In this document: piece after piece, positions 40,440 through 52,470 of the stretch
Layout of the letters: each line of letters begins with the position of its first letter
Position numbering within the stretch: position 1 is the stretch's first letter
DNA from: Ginglymostoma cirratum
Taxonomy: Eukaryota
Length of the DNA stretch: 64,000 nt
NCBI GenBank assembly: GCA_024137785.1
Contig: JAHRHZ010000098.1
Coordinates: 21,262,113-21,326,112, forward strand
Direction of reading: 5' to 3'
Notes under the pieces: model-generated
Seen by the model: only the letters and a program-made list of their open reading frames with translations
Told to the model about the DNA's origin: nothing
The model's database searches: none
Position numbers and translations under genes: made by a program

Positions 40440-41240
40440 CACCTAGTCAGCAGATCATGGATTCAAATCTGACTCTAGTGACTTTCGTTCATAATCCAGT
40501 CTGATACTTTTAGTGCTCTGCTGGGGAAATAACATAATAAGGGAAAACTGAACTACTGGAGTTATTTTATTTCAGATGGAACATTAAACCTAGGTCTTAT
40601 CAATGTCTCAGCTAAGTGTAAAGCTACAATAGTACTGTTTAAAGAAGACCAGGGAGTTCTCTGGATATCCTGCCAATAGTTATCCCTTAACCACCACTCT
40701 CCTAATCAGATATCTGATCAGTTATATCCTTGCTTTGTGCAACTTCACTGTCTGCAAATTAGCTGAATGTTTGCCTATGTTAGAAACCATGACTACACTC
40801 TTTTAAATTATCTTTTTGACAGAAGATATTTTGGGGTGTTCAGTTTGTATTTCTGGGATTAAACCCACTGTCTAGTTTTACAAAAATGATAATTCACTGT
40901 CTGCCTTGGCTCAATGGCAACGTTGTCTCCTCTTCTGGAGGTCCTTGCCCTATTCTAGACCTTAAGCACATGGTTTAAATTAATACATAAGTGTATTTCT
41001 GAGGGAGTGCTCAATTTTTGGGAAGTGCCAAATTTCAAATTGACATTCAACCATGGCTCAGTTGACCCTTCTAACTAGATGCAAAGATCCCCTAGCACTG
41101 AATGTTCTTCCAATGTCCTGACCATAATTTATGCTTTAACGAAAACTTATTTAAATGTTTGTTCATCTCTTGCTGTTTGTAGCACTTTGCTATGTAAATT
41201 GGTTATTGTATCTACCCCACAATAGCAGCAATTCCATTTA
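40440..41240 (+). mobile_element. Two tandem decayed Deu-domain SINEs (about 40440-40850 and 40905-41240)
   Basis: First copy has aaagaagaccagggagttctc...tcctgccaatagttatccc; second has ctgagggagtgct...aaagatccc...ttgctgtttgt. Confidence 0.65.
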
Positions 41241-41488
41241 GAGTATTGCTTTCTAACCATTCATTCACGGACATGGGTGTCACCATCAAGGCCAAAATGT
41301 TTACCCATTATATTTGTCCTGGAGAAGGTGATGGTGAAACACTGCAGTCCAAGTGATGGTGAGTTCTAGGGAGGTCTAAAAATTTGGCTCCGAGACAGTG
41401 TAGGAATATTTCCACGTCAGGATGGTGTGTGATTTGTAGCAAAACTTGAAGGTGGTGTTCTCATGTATTGGCTGGCCATATCCTTCTA

Positions 41489-42365
41489 TGATGTGGAGGT
41501 GCCGGTATTGGACTGGGGTGGACAAAGTCAGAAGTCACACAACATCAGGTTATATTCCAACAGGTTTATTTGAAAATACAATCTTTCGGAGCATTGCTCC
41601 CTCTTCAAGCAAAGTGAGAGGGAAACACACAGAACACAGAATTTATGGGCAGAGAGGTCAAGGGCAGAGGGATCAAAACATCGCACAAATGGTGTGAATA
41701 GAGTGTTGAATGATAAATCTCTACAGGTGATCAAAAGTGTTAGATGGTGTGATTAAAATGTCAACAGCCGAATAACAAGCAAAGTGATGACCTGTAATCT
41801 GATTAAATGAAGCAGGGAGATAACTACACAAATTTAAAAATAAGGTGGTGTTGGTGACAAACCAAATGACTGGAACAACATGATAGGTATAAGAGTCACA
41901 CGCTGAGGGTCTAACCAAAGTAATAAGTAATCCAAAACTGTACAAACTAATTAAGGTAGAGAGATCATAACAATTTATCAAGGTAATGGTGTCAAAAACA
42001 GGACAGTAAGGAAGATTTTACAGATAGAACAGTGTGGTGGGGTCACAAGTAGTGTGACATGAACCCAAGATCATGGTTGAGGCCTCCTTCATTGGTATGG
42101 AACTTGGCTATCTGTTTCTGCTCGGCGATTCTGCATTGTTATGTATCTCAGAGGCCACCTTGGAGGACGCTTGCCCGAAGATCAGAAGCTGAACGTCCTT
42201 GACTGCAGGGAGGGAACATTCCTGTCTGGTGATTTGTTGTACGGTGTCCATTCATCCATTGTCGTAGCGTCTGCACAGTCTCGCCAATATACCATGCCTT
42301 GGGGCATCCTTGCCTGCAACATATGAGATAGACAACATTGGCTGAGTCACATGAGTATCGGCCAA
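41489..42365 (-). mobile_element. Penelope-like element with GIY-YIG endonuclease fragment and 3' region, nested in older CR1-family sequence
   Basis: Minus strand 42357-42236 reads YSCDSANVVYLICCRQGCPKAWYIGETVQTLRQWMNGHR, then ...EQKQIAKFHTNEGGLNHDLGFMSHY. Degenerate hammerhead (TTGAAGA-g-GGAGC aat GCTCC-GAAA) on the minus strand at 41580-41608. Antisense CR1-family pieces flank it (41260-41480, 42440-42710). Confidence 0.9.
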
Positions 42366-43456
42366 GCAGGTGCTGTTAAAACAGAATTAGTGAGTTGTTT
42401 CAATGCCTGTTGTATGTTTTGCTGAAGCTGTGTGCCAGTATAGCCTGGAGAATGTGAATATTTACATTGGTAAATGGATTATGATTGAGTGGGGTGTTTT
42501 ATTTTGGATAGTGTTGAACTTCTTGAAATTGTAGGAGCTACTGCTCTTGTTCTGCTCAGTGGTAAAGGTCATTGGTTTGGATGGAGCTGTCAAAGAAGGC
42601 TTGGTAAGTTGCAGCAGTACATCTTGTAGATGGTACACACTGCAGCTATAGTGCACTGATGGTGGAGGTAATCAGTATTTAAGGTGGATGGGATGCCAAT
42701 TTAGCAAGCTGGTTTGTTGTTTATTAGTTGTAGAGTACATTAGCATATTCTGAGGACTTGAACAGCCTTCTATAAAATAAAAGTACATTCCTCCTCTAGT
42801 TTGTTTGTTCATTAAGCAATTGTTTGATGTTTAATATATTTAATCTTTGTTAATGAATCTATTACAATTTATCAATTTCTGAAATTGTAACTTCAAGAAA
42901 CAGACTTCATTCAGAAACTTTACATCATGAAGTATGTGATATGGGATATTTCTTAGATATATAGGCTGGCTTAAACCTTCTCCAGCACTTGGAGTTATGA
43001 TAATACAATGGAATATGTTATAGAGTATGTACATGTTTGTTCACGTGGTGGGGGGGAATTAATTTATGAATCAAGATGGTCCAGATGCAAAGCATTAACA
43101 GTCACATTGTTGGAATCTTTCCTTCTTCCCGGAGATATTTGCAAATGGACCACACAGAAGTTTTAAAATAATTTTTAATCATTATAACATGTTATTCGGA
43201 ATAGCTTCATAGTTTTGTTTGGTGCTCTTAACTATCTTACAAATTGTACCCTGAATTATGATAATATAACAAGTGCCTCGTATTAAATGTATTTACCCTG
43301 TGATAGAACGAAAGCCTTCTTGAATTACAGAGAGATATAGGTTCACAGAAATACTTGAGAGCAGGTCTTGCTGTGCACCATTCTGTGCAAATGCTAAGGT
43401 TCTGTTCCAGTGATTGACTAACTCTTAAAGGTTAAGAAATCAGGACCTTGAAAAAT

Positions 43457-43554
43457 GAGATAACAAGGTGTAGGGCTGGATGAACACAGCAGGCCAAGCA
43501 GCATCAGAGGAGCAGGAAAACTGACGTTTCAGGCCTAGACCCTTCTTCAGAAAA
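43457..43554 (-). mobile_element. Short Penelope pLTR fragment with intact antisense hammerhead
   Basis: Same family as the 35 kb arms. Minus strand 43550-43523 reads CTGAAGA-agggtctaggcct-GAAAC-GTC. Confidence 0.85.
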
Positions 43555-44795
43555 ACGTTGCTTTCTGAAATTCCTATTTCATATGTTGTTCACTATATGA
43601 TCAAAAATCATAGTTGCTATTTATCGGGCACCAAATATAAATTGTGCAAAACTGCATGATGTAGAATAATTAGATTTTGTAAATTTGGAAAACAAGGTGA
43701 AACGTTTGTGATGAAAAGAAGCTGAGAAGTAAGATGGATAGAGATAACTTATCTGCATCACACCTGTTATCCCTCTGATCATTGGGGTTATTCGTCCAGT
43801 CTTGAAGGATCCAAATTGTTTCCATGGTGATCTTATGTTTAATGATGCATTTGGCTTACTGCTGCCTGTAGTGATATTTTTCTTTAGCCAGTCTTGGGTT
43901 CAAGGAGCAGTGCTGATGGTTTCAGAAGGGTTTTTCATCCATACTTTCACTGGCTGAAGTGCTGTAGCAATGATATAAACACTATCTCTGAAAGTAAAGG
44001 CTCATGTGTGTGGGAAGACGGAACACTTATACTGCTTGCAAAGACCTGCCACTTGGTCATCTAGAAGCATGCATCTGCAAATTATGACTTTTTTGATTAA
44101 TGCTATGTGCCATTTTCTTTGTCTGCTGTTACTGAAATGTGGTATCCATTTGCAATGTAAGTAGGAATTTTGTGGCATTGTGATTGTAAGTTAACACCGC
44201 TGACCTGGCCAACAGTCTAATCCTGTCAATATTGTGCCCCAATAATAGGATATTATCAACAAACTTGACTTCCTGGCTTGAGAGCCAGTAGTGTGTTACT
44301 AAGCACAGTACTTGCCATTGTGAAACCTGTGCTTCAATGCATCAGTTAATTTTCTATTAGATTCTAGTTTCAAGTTATTCACATTCTGCTTTGCCAAAAC
44401 GGTGCTGCCAAAATCTGTCGTGATGGGTTTCCCATTATTAAGCAGAGAGCAATTTCCGGTCAGCTGCAAATTCTGGCTTTTGTTCTCCTAGTGAATTATG
44501 TAAATTGTTTTCACAAGCGAATTAAAAGCCTGATTTAAAATCTGTATGGAGCCATGGATTATTAAAGACTCCACAAATGTTTATCTGAACACTACGGCTG
44601 CATTGATATTGTGACTATATTGAGAGAAATACATTAGACTGCAGAGAAAGAAGGCGTTGTTAATTAAAACCTTCAATGTAGATGGGTCACATGAAGGCAT
44701 TACTGATGAGATGCAGGAGATGGATTAAAATCACAGAAAAATGAATCTTGTGACAAATTTATCCTAATTTTTTTCTGTTTATATATCTTTTTCAG

Positions 44796-44897
44796 TGCTC
44801 AAAACCGAAGCACAGTACTCCTTGCTCTGCAATTACAGAGATAAGGAAGTGTACTCAGCTCGAGACGCCAGACAACATAAACACTTTTGTCCTCAAG
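44796..44897 (+). CDS. SH2B3: SH2B3/LNK-like coding exon (equivalent to human exon 3), PH domain
   Basis: Polypyrimidine tract ...tttttcag| acceptor and aag|gtaaat donor; 102 bp, phase 0-0. Translates [34 protein letters not shown], close to recalled human SH2B3 SSRPKLQAACSSIQEVR(R/W)CTRLEMPDNLYTFVLK. The 'CT.LE.PDN..TFVLK' pattern favours SH2B3 over SH2B1/2. Confidence 0.95.
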
Positions 44898-44924
44898 GTA
44901 AATAACAGTTGATAACTACTACCA

Positions 44925-46030
44925 CAACAACTTATTTATAGTGCATCCTTAACAAAATGTCCCAAGGCATTTCACAGGAGCATTATTAAACAAAACGTGA
45001 GATGCCACCAAATTAGGAGATATTGGGTCAGATGATCAAAAGGTAAGTTGTAAAGAGTGTCTGAAAGCAGAAAACAAGATAGTGAGGGTGGAAGGTGTGG
45101 GAAGGCCATGTCAGAATTGGAACAGAGGCAAATGAAGGCAAGACCACCAAAATTGGTTGGATTAACATAACAGGAGCTGAAGGTGCACCAACAACAAAAT
45201 CAAGCAGTTACTAATAGTGAGGCTTTAGAGGTGCAAGGTCACATAGGTATTTGAAAACAAAAATGAGAATTTTATAATCAAGGCTTTGCTTGACCAGGAG
45301 CCAGTGTAGGTGATCAGAAAGCACGGGGCCAGTAGAGAATGGGACTTGGTACAGGTTGAGACATGAGGCAGCAGAGTTTTTGTATGACCTCGGGTTTGCA
45401 AGGCGTACAATGTGGGAGACTAGCTTTGGGGTAGTTGAGGCTAAAAGTAACAAAGCTAAATGAAGGTTTCAGCAGCCAATGGACTGAGACAAGCAGAATC
45501 GGTTGATGTTGCTGATTTGGATATGGGCAGCACACATATGAGGCTGAAAGCTCATCCTTTTGTCAGATGTTTCACCAAGATTGCAAACAAACTGCTTTTA
45601 TCTCAGGTTGTTGCCGGGGAGAAAGCTGGAGCCAATAGCTGGGAACAGAGTTTGTAGCAGTGACTGAAAACAACAGTTTCATTCTTCCTGATATTTAATT
45701 GGAGGAAATTTCTGATATTCTGATATTGGATGTTGAATTTGCTGTCTGATAATTTAACAATACCGGAATAAAGGGAAGTGGTACTGAGGTAGAGCCTGGG
45801 TGTCTTATGTAAAAACTAATGATGTGCTTTCAGATTTTGGAGATGAGTTGACAACAGTTTCAATTACTTTGAAAAGGAAATGAAGGGTGGAGATGGGTTA
45901 ATAACTTGAAATGAGAGTGGGGTCAGGGCCTAGTATTTTGAGTAGAGGGTTAGGACAGTTAATTTAAAGGAGAGAGGGATAAAGCTTAACAGAAGAAGTT
46001 TGCAATATCAACTAATGTGAACTAGGATGG
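44925..46030 (-). mobile_element. L2 LINE 3' fragment
   Basis: Minus-strand translation PVLSDHLHWLLVKQSLDYKILIFVFKYLCDLAP matches the L2 'LHWLP...RI.FK' motif. The tail lies about 30 bp from the exon donor. Confidence 0.85.
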
Positions 46031-47049
46031 GCTTTTGTGTGTTCAGAAAATCTGTTAAGAGTAAAGCAATGGGTTGAAGTGCCTTTAGGACATTTTTGTG
46101 CTGTGGAATTACACCAGTTGTGCTGTATTGAATTGTTTGTTGCAAATAAGCTCTAATTGCTGGTGCTGTAATAAGGTACTCAATAATGATCTATGTTATG
46201 TATCATTTAGAAGATGCATTATGAGCAGTGTTCTGAATGGTACAAACTGTTCCTGATAATGTCTGTCAAACGATGAAGTTTCCATGGTGGTGGTATTGAT
46301 TTATCTCTCTCTTTTAACTTGTGAAAAGCTTTCATCATTGTATATTCTCAGTGATTTACAGATGTTTCTGTTTGAACAAAGAAACACCACACCTCACCAA
46401 TCTGCAATCCACTTTTTATGACATTTTTGTGACTTTTTTTTATTGAAGTGCAAATTATATTGCAAGTATTTAATTTGCTGGCTGTAGCATCAAATACCTG
46501 GAGCAGTACAGCAAAATTTTTTCTACCTTCAGTCATATATTGGACAATTATAATGCCAGACCTTGCGGTTCTATGTGGAGGATTTTAGTCCAGAATTCCA
46601 GTCTTGTCTGATGAGCAAATTTATCTTCCATCAATGTGCAAGCTTTGCAGCTGTTGGTTAATTTTGTAGATATTCAACAATTGTAGAGGCCTTCACCTTT
46701 TGTTTCGGAGACTGGTCCCTCTCTGAAGAAGGCACTTCCTCTTGGCTTGCCGTTCACAATACTTGATGACTTTGTGTCCCAGAAGCAAGTGGAAGAAGGA
46801 ATTCAAGTAATTTGCTTCAGAAATGAGGAATATAATGTTGCAATTATAGCTTGGAAAATTTATTCAATTATGTGTCTCAGTTTTTGTTTGATCTCTGGAG
46901 GGATCAATGAATACATTGCATACATTGCATTTGGTAGGATTGAATGGTGTTTTGTTCTCTTCTGCAATGTTCTTCTAAGAACTGTGAGAACTTAAAAGGA
47001 GCATTTGGAAATATGTAAAAGAAAGAAACTGTTAGTATAAATGAGAAAT

Positions 47050-47900
47050 CATAGAAGTGTTATCAAGCAGAAAGAGGTTATTTGGCCCATCAAGTGTGCA
47101 TTGGCTGTCCAAATGAGTGTTGTGGCTTAGTGTAATTCCCTTGCACATTGTTTCTGTTTAAATAATAATCTAAAGTCCTCTTGAGTGCCTCAACTGACTC
47201 TGCCTGCCCCACACTTCAGGCAATGCATTCTAGGCCTGAACCACTTGTTATGTGAAAGTTTTTTCTCATATCTCATTTTGTTCCTTTGCAGATGACTTTA
47301 TTTCTGTGCCTTTCATTCTTGAATCTTTTGTGAATAGGAACAATTTGACCCTAAGTACTCTATACAACTCACTTCAATGAGATTTGAAATATTCCATTGG
47401 ATCTCCTCATTGACTTCTCTCCAAGAAGAACTGTCCAAACCTTTCCAGTCTGTCCTCATGACTGAAATTTTTCATCCTGGGAACTAGTTTTGAAAGCCCC
47501 TTCCATGTGAACTGCAATGCATTCAAATTTTTCTTATAGTTTGGCATCCAGGATATTGTATGCTTTATGAAATCTCTCTCCACCAGTCCTGTCACCATCA
47601 GTGATTTGTGCACATATGCACCCTAGCCCTTCTGCTTTTGCATCCCCTTCAGATTTGTACCCTTTACGTTGTCCATGTTCTTCCTATGAGAATGCATCAC
47701 CTTGCACCTCTCTGCATGGAACTTCATCGGTTACTTATCTGTCAACTTCACCAACTTGTCAGTGTTCTTTTGAAGTTCTACTCTATCCTCCACACAGTTT
47801 TACTGATCTCCCGAGTTTCAGACCATCCACAAACTTTGAAATTGTATCCTGCACACAAAGATCCAGATCATTGATATCACAACAAACCCCGCTTCAGTCC
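47050..47900 (-). mobile_element. CR1 LINE 3' fragment
   Basis: Minus-strand ...WMPNYKKNLNAL...KLVPRMKNFSHEDRLERFGQFFLE; tail at about 47050-47100. Confidence 0.85.
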
Positions 47901-48859
47901 GAAAAAACATCCATTGATGATTTTTCTCTGTTTTGACTCTGTTTCCTATCACTCAGGCTTTGTATCCACGTTGCTAGTCTGCCTTTTATTACGCGAGCCA
48001 AAACATTTTACTTGTTTGTTTTGTGCCATTGTATTGCAAACCTTTGAAAGTCCATGTGTACCCTTTCAGCAGTGTTATCTTCATCAACTTTTTGTTATCT
48101 CTTCAAAAATCTCCAGATGATAGAGTTAACTATTATGAGTTTATCATCGTTTAAAAATTAAAGCTGTTATGCACGACTCCTGCTTCTTATTTGAAAAATA
48201 AAGTTAAAATTAAGGTTTTGGTGCTTTTATCTCTCCTTCTGTACTGCTAACTTACCTTTCTGAATGCATTGATTTCCTCCTGGTTGAATGTTATAAGCAT
48301 CAGTTTCCACTACATCATTCTGATACTACGACTAGACTAGGCTAGAATAACAAGGTTGCCTAAAAGCAGCTTAAAAATTAACTTTCTCTTGGTCCAGTTA
48401 CATGTTCAACCTAATCCTAACATGCACATAATTCAGTGCTCATGCTGTTAGAAATATACTTTTTGATATTCTTTTCTACATTCTAAAATGGGAGAACAAT
48501 TTGCCCAAGTTGTTTCCAGGTGGATTTAAATACCTTGAGATTTGGAGGCCAAATACCCAGCACAGGCTAGGACACTGATTACAAGGTAATTTTGAGGAAT
48601 AATTATAATGTTATTTATGAATTCCTGTGCTAACTGCATTGTGTAGGCAGTTCTTCTTCTAACTGAAACAAAAGTCATGAAAGACATCCCTTTAGGATGA
48701 TGTTGAGATCCAGTAGACATAGCCATTTTCCTTTATCTTATTGATTCCAGCATACTTATGTCCTCAGTTATATTTTCCTATGTTGTTCCCCATATCTGTT
48801 TATGTATCATTTCCAATCCAAAAAAAATCTATCAACCCTGCAGTTTTGCATTGAATGCC

Positions 48860-49175
48860 AGCAGTAGTCTTTTGTGCTTTGCTGTGTGATACTGAGGTAT
48901 TCAGGCCTGAATGTCCAAAATTTGAATCCCAGTCTGTGCTGAGTTACCTGTCCTCAGCACATACGAAAATAAAATGGTCATCCATTATTGTGACCTTTGG
49001 CTGGAGAAGAGAAAATTCAGTCAGGGTTCTTAGTCATGATATTTGTCAGGTGTCCCAGCTGGAATATATAAATGTTGGGTGAGGAAAGGTCAGCTTTGGT
49101 TCTGTTGTTCAATGTCCCAATATTTGTCAGCTAGGCTTATATGGACAAAGTACCACAGGGCCACAGCACCCAAAT
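48860..49175 (+). mobile_element. Ancient tRNA-SINE (AmnSINE2-like)
   Basis: gatactgag...gaatcccagtctgtgctgagttacctgtcctcagc...aaaattcagtcagggttc...gggtgaggaaagg resembles a recalled AmnSINE2-type consensus. A second copy lies at 55055-55330. Confidence 0.5.
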
Positions 49176-49469
49176 TCTAATTATACTCTGCCATTGTGTT
49201 TTATGACCATTATCATTCATATCAAATATTTATTAACATAGCTAATAGTCTGTGATGGCCCAAACTTATGGACATATTTAATATGCATTACACAGATAAT
49301 AATGGTATCGTGCACAATAAGAGTTCAGTTGAGAAGCTCTGACATCATGACCAAGTTGCAGAACTTCAAGTGTCAGAGGTAATGGGATTGCATGAAATAG
49401 GAAAAAAATTAATAAATAGACCTACTTGGTTTGATTCACATAACTTGGACTCATTATTCATAAATCAAG

Positions 49470-49825
49470 TCATTTAGGAAAAGAAGTAGGCCATGCAGTC
49501 CCTTAAGTGTGTTCCACCATTTAATGAGATCATGGCTGATCTGTGGCCTCCCTCCATATACCTGCCTGTGGCTCATATCCCTTAATATCTTTGCACAAGA
49601 AAATTATATCCATCTTAGATTTAAGTTTAACAACTGATCCTTCATCCATTGCCACTTGTGGAAGAGAGTCACAAACTTCAATCACCTTTTGTGTGTAGAG
49701 ACCTTCCCAACATCTCTCTGGTCCTAATTCTCATACTGCGTCCCTGGTTTTAGAATCCCCAACCAGTGGAAATAGCTTTTTGTCTACTCTATCTTATCCC
49801 CTTAATATCTTGAAGACTTCAGTCA
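49470..49825 (-). mobile_element. CR1 LINE 3' fragment
   Basis: agaagtaggccatgcagtccc...atttaatgagatcatggctgatctg is the antisense CR1 tail. Confidence 0.8.
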
Positions 49826-50949
49826 TATTTCAATTGTTTGTTATCTGTAATATAAAGTATTGTGCAATATTCACACTTCATATTGCAAATTTTGAGTTTT
49901 TTTTATGTTGATGATGTGTAAAGGGACAAACCGCTGTCAACATTTCATGTCATGCTCTTACAGAAAGCCATTAAGTGGTGCTGTTGCAGCACAGTTCACT
50001 ATGAAGGTGATAAGCTTGCGGTCTCCGTAAAGACTGAAAATCTTTGATTATGATGGGGTTTAATGTGGGGTTTAACATTAATAAAATTAATGTTTGAGCA
50101 AACATATACAATCCATGTCTTGACAAATGGTTTTCCCGCTGCAGGAAAAAAAATGAAACAAAAAATTGTTGATCTATTTTCTCAGCTTCATGTCCAGCCT
50201 GCTCCAAAAATGTTGCCCTGCCTGTGTTTGCTTGACTAGGTCTTTAGAATCCAGGTCCACTTTTCAGCCTTGGGCCTTGATGAACACTCCCAGCTCAAAT
50301 GCCTGAGAAAAAAATAGCAAATTTTTCAAACTAGCAAATTCCTAATAATTAACGTAGAACAAAGAATGAAAAATATTCCAGAAGTGTCTTCATGCAGAAA
50401 AAAGTAAACAAAAGTATGCTAAAAGGTGCACAACCGCAAAACGACAAACAAACACAAACAATTAATCTAACACAATCACACTAGCGCAACTGAATCACAG
50501 CGAAGCTGTCAAAAACCAGAAATTGAAAACATCTGTTTCCTTCAATGCCACCATTGACTATGGTTGTTGGCCAGTTGCCATTCATGATTTTAGGTTGTTT
50601 TCAACTGGCAACTCTGAAACGTGACTTCAGGTCACAAGATAGTACCCCTTTGCTCAACAGTTCTTCAACAGACCTATTAACATCCACGTTATATTGTTGC
50701 TACAAAATCCCATTCATCATTAAATCACGTTACTACGTATGTACCCAAAAGTTAGAGACATTTCAAATGATTAAAACACCAGGAATGTACATAGACAAAC
50801 ACTAAAACAATTAAACAAACTCATACAGATACTGAGACTGTAACACCACCAATAACAAATCATTCCAAATCTACACAAATGTACAGATTACCACTAAACA
50901 CACTTATATTTTGCAATTCCATGTGCTATTTATATACTTATGTGTACAA

Positions 50950-51160
50950 ATCACACCATCTTAACTTGGAACTGTATTTTTACCTTCGCTGTCACTGGGT
51001 CAAATTCCTGTAACTCACTTCTTAACACTATAGTTGATGTACCTACACCAGGTGGATCGCAACATTTCAAGAAGGTGGTTCAGCATTACCTTTTCAAGTA
51101 CAATTAGGAGATGACAATATGTTGGTTTACCTAGCAGTGCACACATGAAAAAAATTAAAA
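50950..51160 (+). mobile_element. CR1-family 3' tail
   Basis: Homologous to 34375-34590 (aacttggaact..., gtcaaat, ttcaagaagg). Confidence 0.7.
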
Positions 51161-51998
51161 TAAATCTAATAATTGCCAAATCTAAATACAATAAATTTTA
51201 AAATTGAATTTAACAAATATTTAAGTGACTTACTTTCAATACTGGTAGTAACTTTCTGTTTCGATACTAAATGCATCTAGCTTCTCCAGTCAATAACAAT
51301 CATAAATATCCAGATGATTAACACTAGTTCAAACACACACTTTCCTAAGTATTTATGATTTCGTATATATGCTTTGATATACTGTCAAATAGGATTAGTA
51401 GGAAGCAGGCTTGCACTCACAGTTCTTATGTAGGGGATTACTTGTGAAATCCAGGGATGGTGATGGGAGGATTAGGCTAAGTCAGGGAGGGTAGGAGGTG
51501 GAGACAGCACTCTGATCTACTGTGCTGTATTTTGCAGTAGCTTGTGACAGGATAGAATTAACAGAGGCCTTGCAGCAAATCACGTGCCTTCTTTCTTAAA
51601 TGCGGAAAGGTACATGCCATAGGGCGGCCTAAGTAATTAGTCTTGGGAGCATGAATAAGTTTCTGCTTATTGTTGTATTGTTCAAACTTCGCTATCTGCT
51701 TTGAGTTTCCTTCCTTGGTGGAAAAATAAATTTTAGCAATAATCTAACAACAATAAAATAGATCTGTCATGAAAATTTGGAAGGAAAACCAGTTATGAAA
51801 TCCCATAGTTAAGCAAATCCTATATCTAAAAAAGTAATTTTATAAAAACATTCATTCATTCTTAGAAAAGATATGAATATGACTTTGAGGTGAAATAGAC
51901 AGTGGAGTCTCAAGGAAGCAAGGTTAGATTTTTATTCTTTTCTTTTGTTGAAGCTATTTCCTGAATCTTGATATTTCTCTTCTTTTCCCTTGAACTAG

Positions 51999-52090
51999 GT
52001 CAACAGCTTCTTAGAAGTTATTTTTGAAGCTTTCAATGATCAACAGTTGAATTTATGGACAACAGATATTAGAGAATGTATAAACGCATG
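51999..52090 (+). CDS. SH2B3: SH2B3/LNK-like coding exon (equivalent to human exon 4), PH C-terminal helix
   Basis: Acceptor ttcttttcccttgaactag| and donor tg|gtaaga; 92 bp, phase 0-2. Translates VNSFLEVIFEAFNDQQLNLWTTDIRECINA(W); recalled human sequence is [27 protein letters not shown]. Contains the invariant PH-domain Trp and continues the previous exon's frame. Confidence 0.95.
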
Positions 52091-52245
52091 GTAAGACTCA
52101 ATTTCTTCTTAGTTTTCCTTTTAACGTGTGAATGCTGAAAGTCCACATAATGGTACCAATATGATACTTGCACAGTTACATAAAAATTGAAGTTGAAAGT
52201 CAGATTTCTGGTACCTGGAATATTCTGTTCTATAAGTTACTTTTT

Positions 52246-52470
52246 CAAACAAAACCAGAAATTCCTGAAAATTTCAGCAGGTCTGGTAGCATCTGCGGAG
52301 AGAAAACAGAGAGAACTTCAGATTTAGAACTTCAGTTCAGAAGAGTCACTAGACCCAAAATGTTAACTCTGTTTTCTCTCCACAGATGCTGCCAGACCTG
52401 CTAAGATTTTCCAGTGATTTCTGTTTTTCTGTGATTTCAGATTTCCAGCATCGGCTGTTCTTTTTTTTTG
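52246..52470. mobile_element. Fold-back Penelope-derived repeat
   Basis: About 52257-52311 is inverted relative to about 52366-52423. Decayed hammerhead remnant (gaagagtcactagacccaaaatgttaac) in the loop. Confidence 0.8.
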
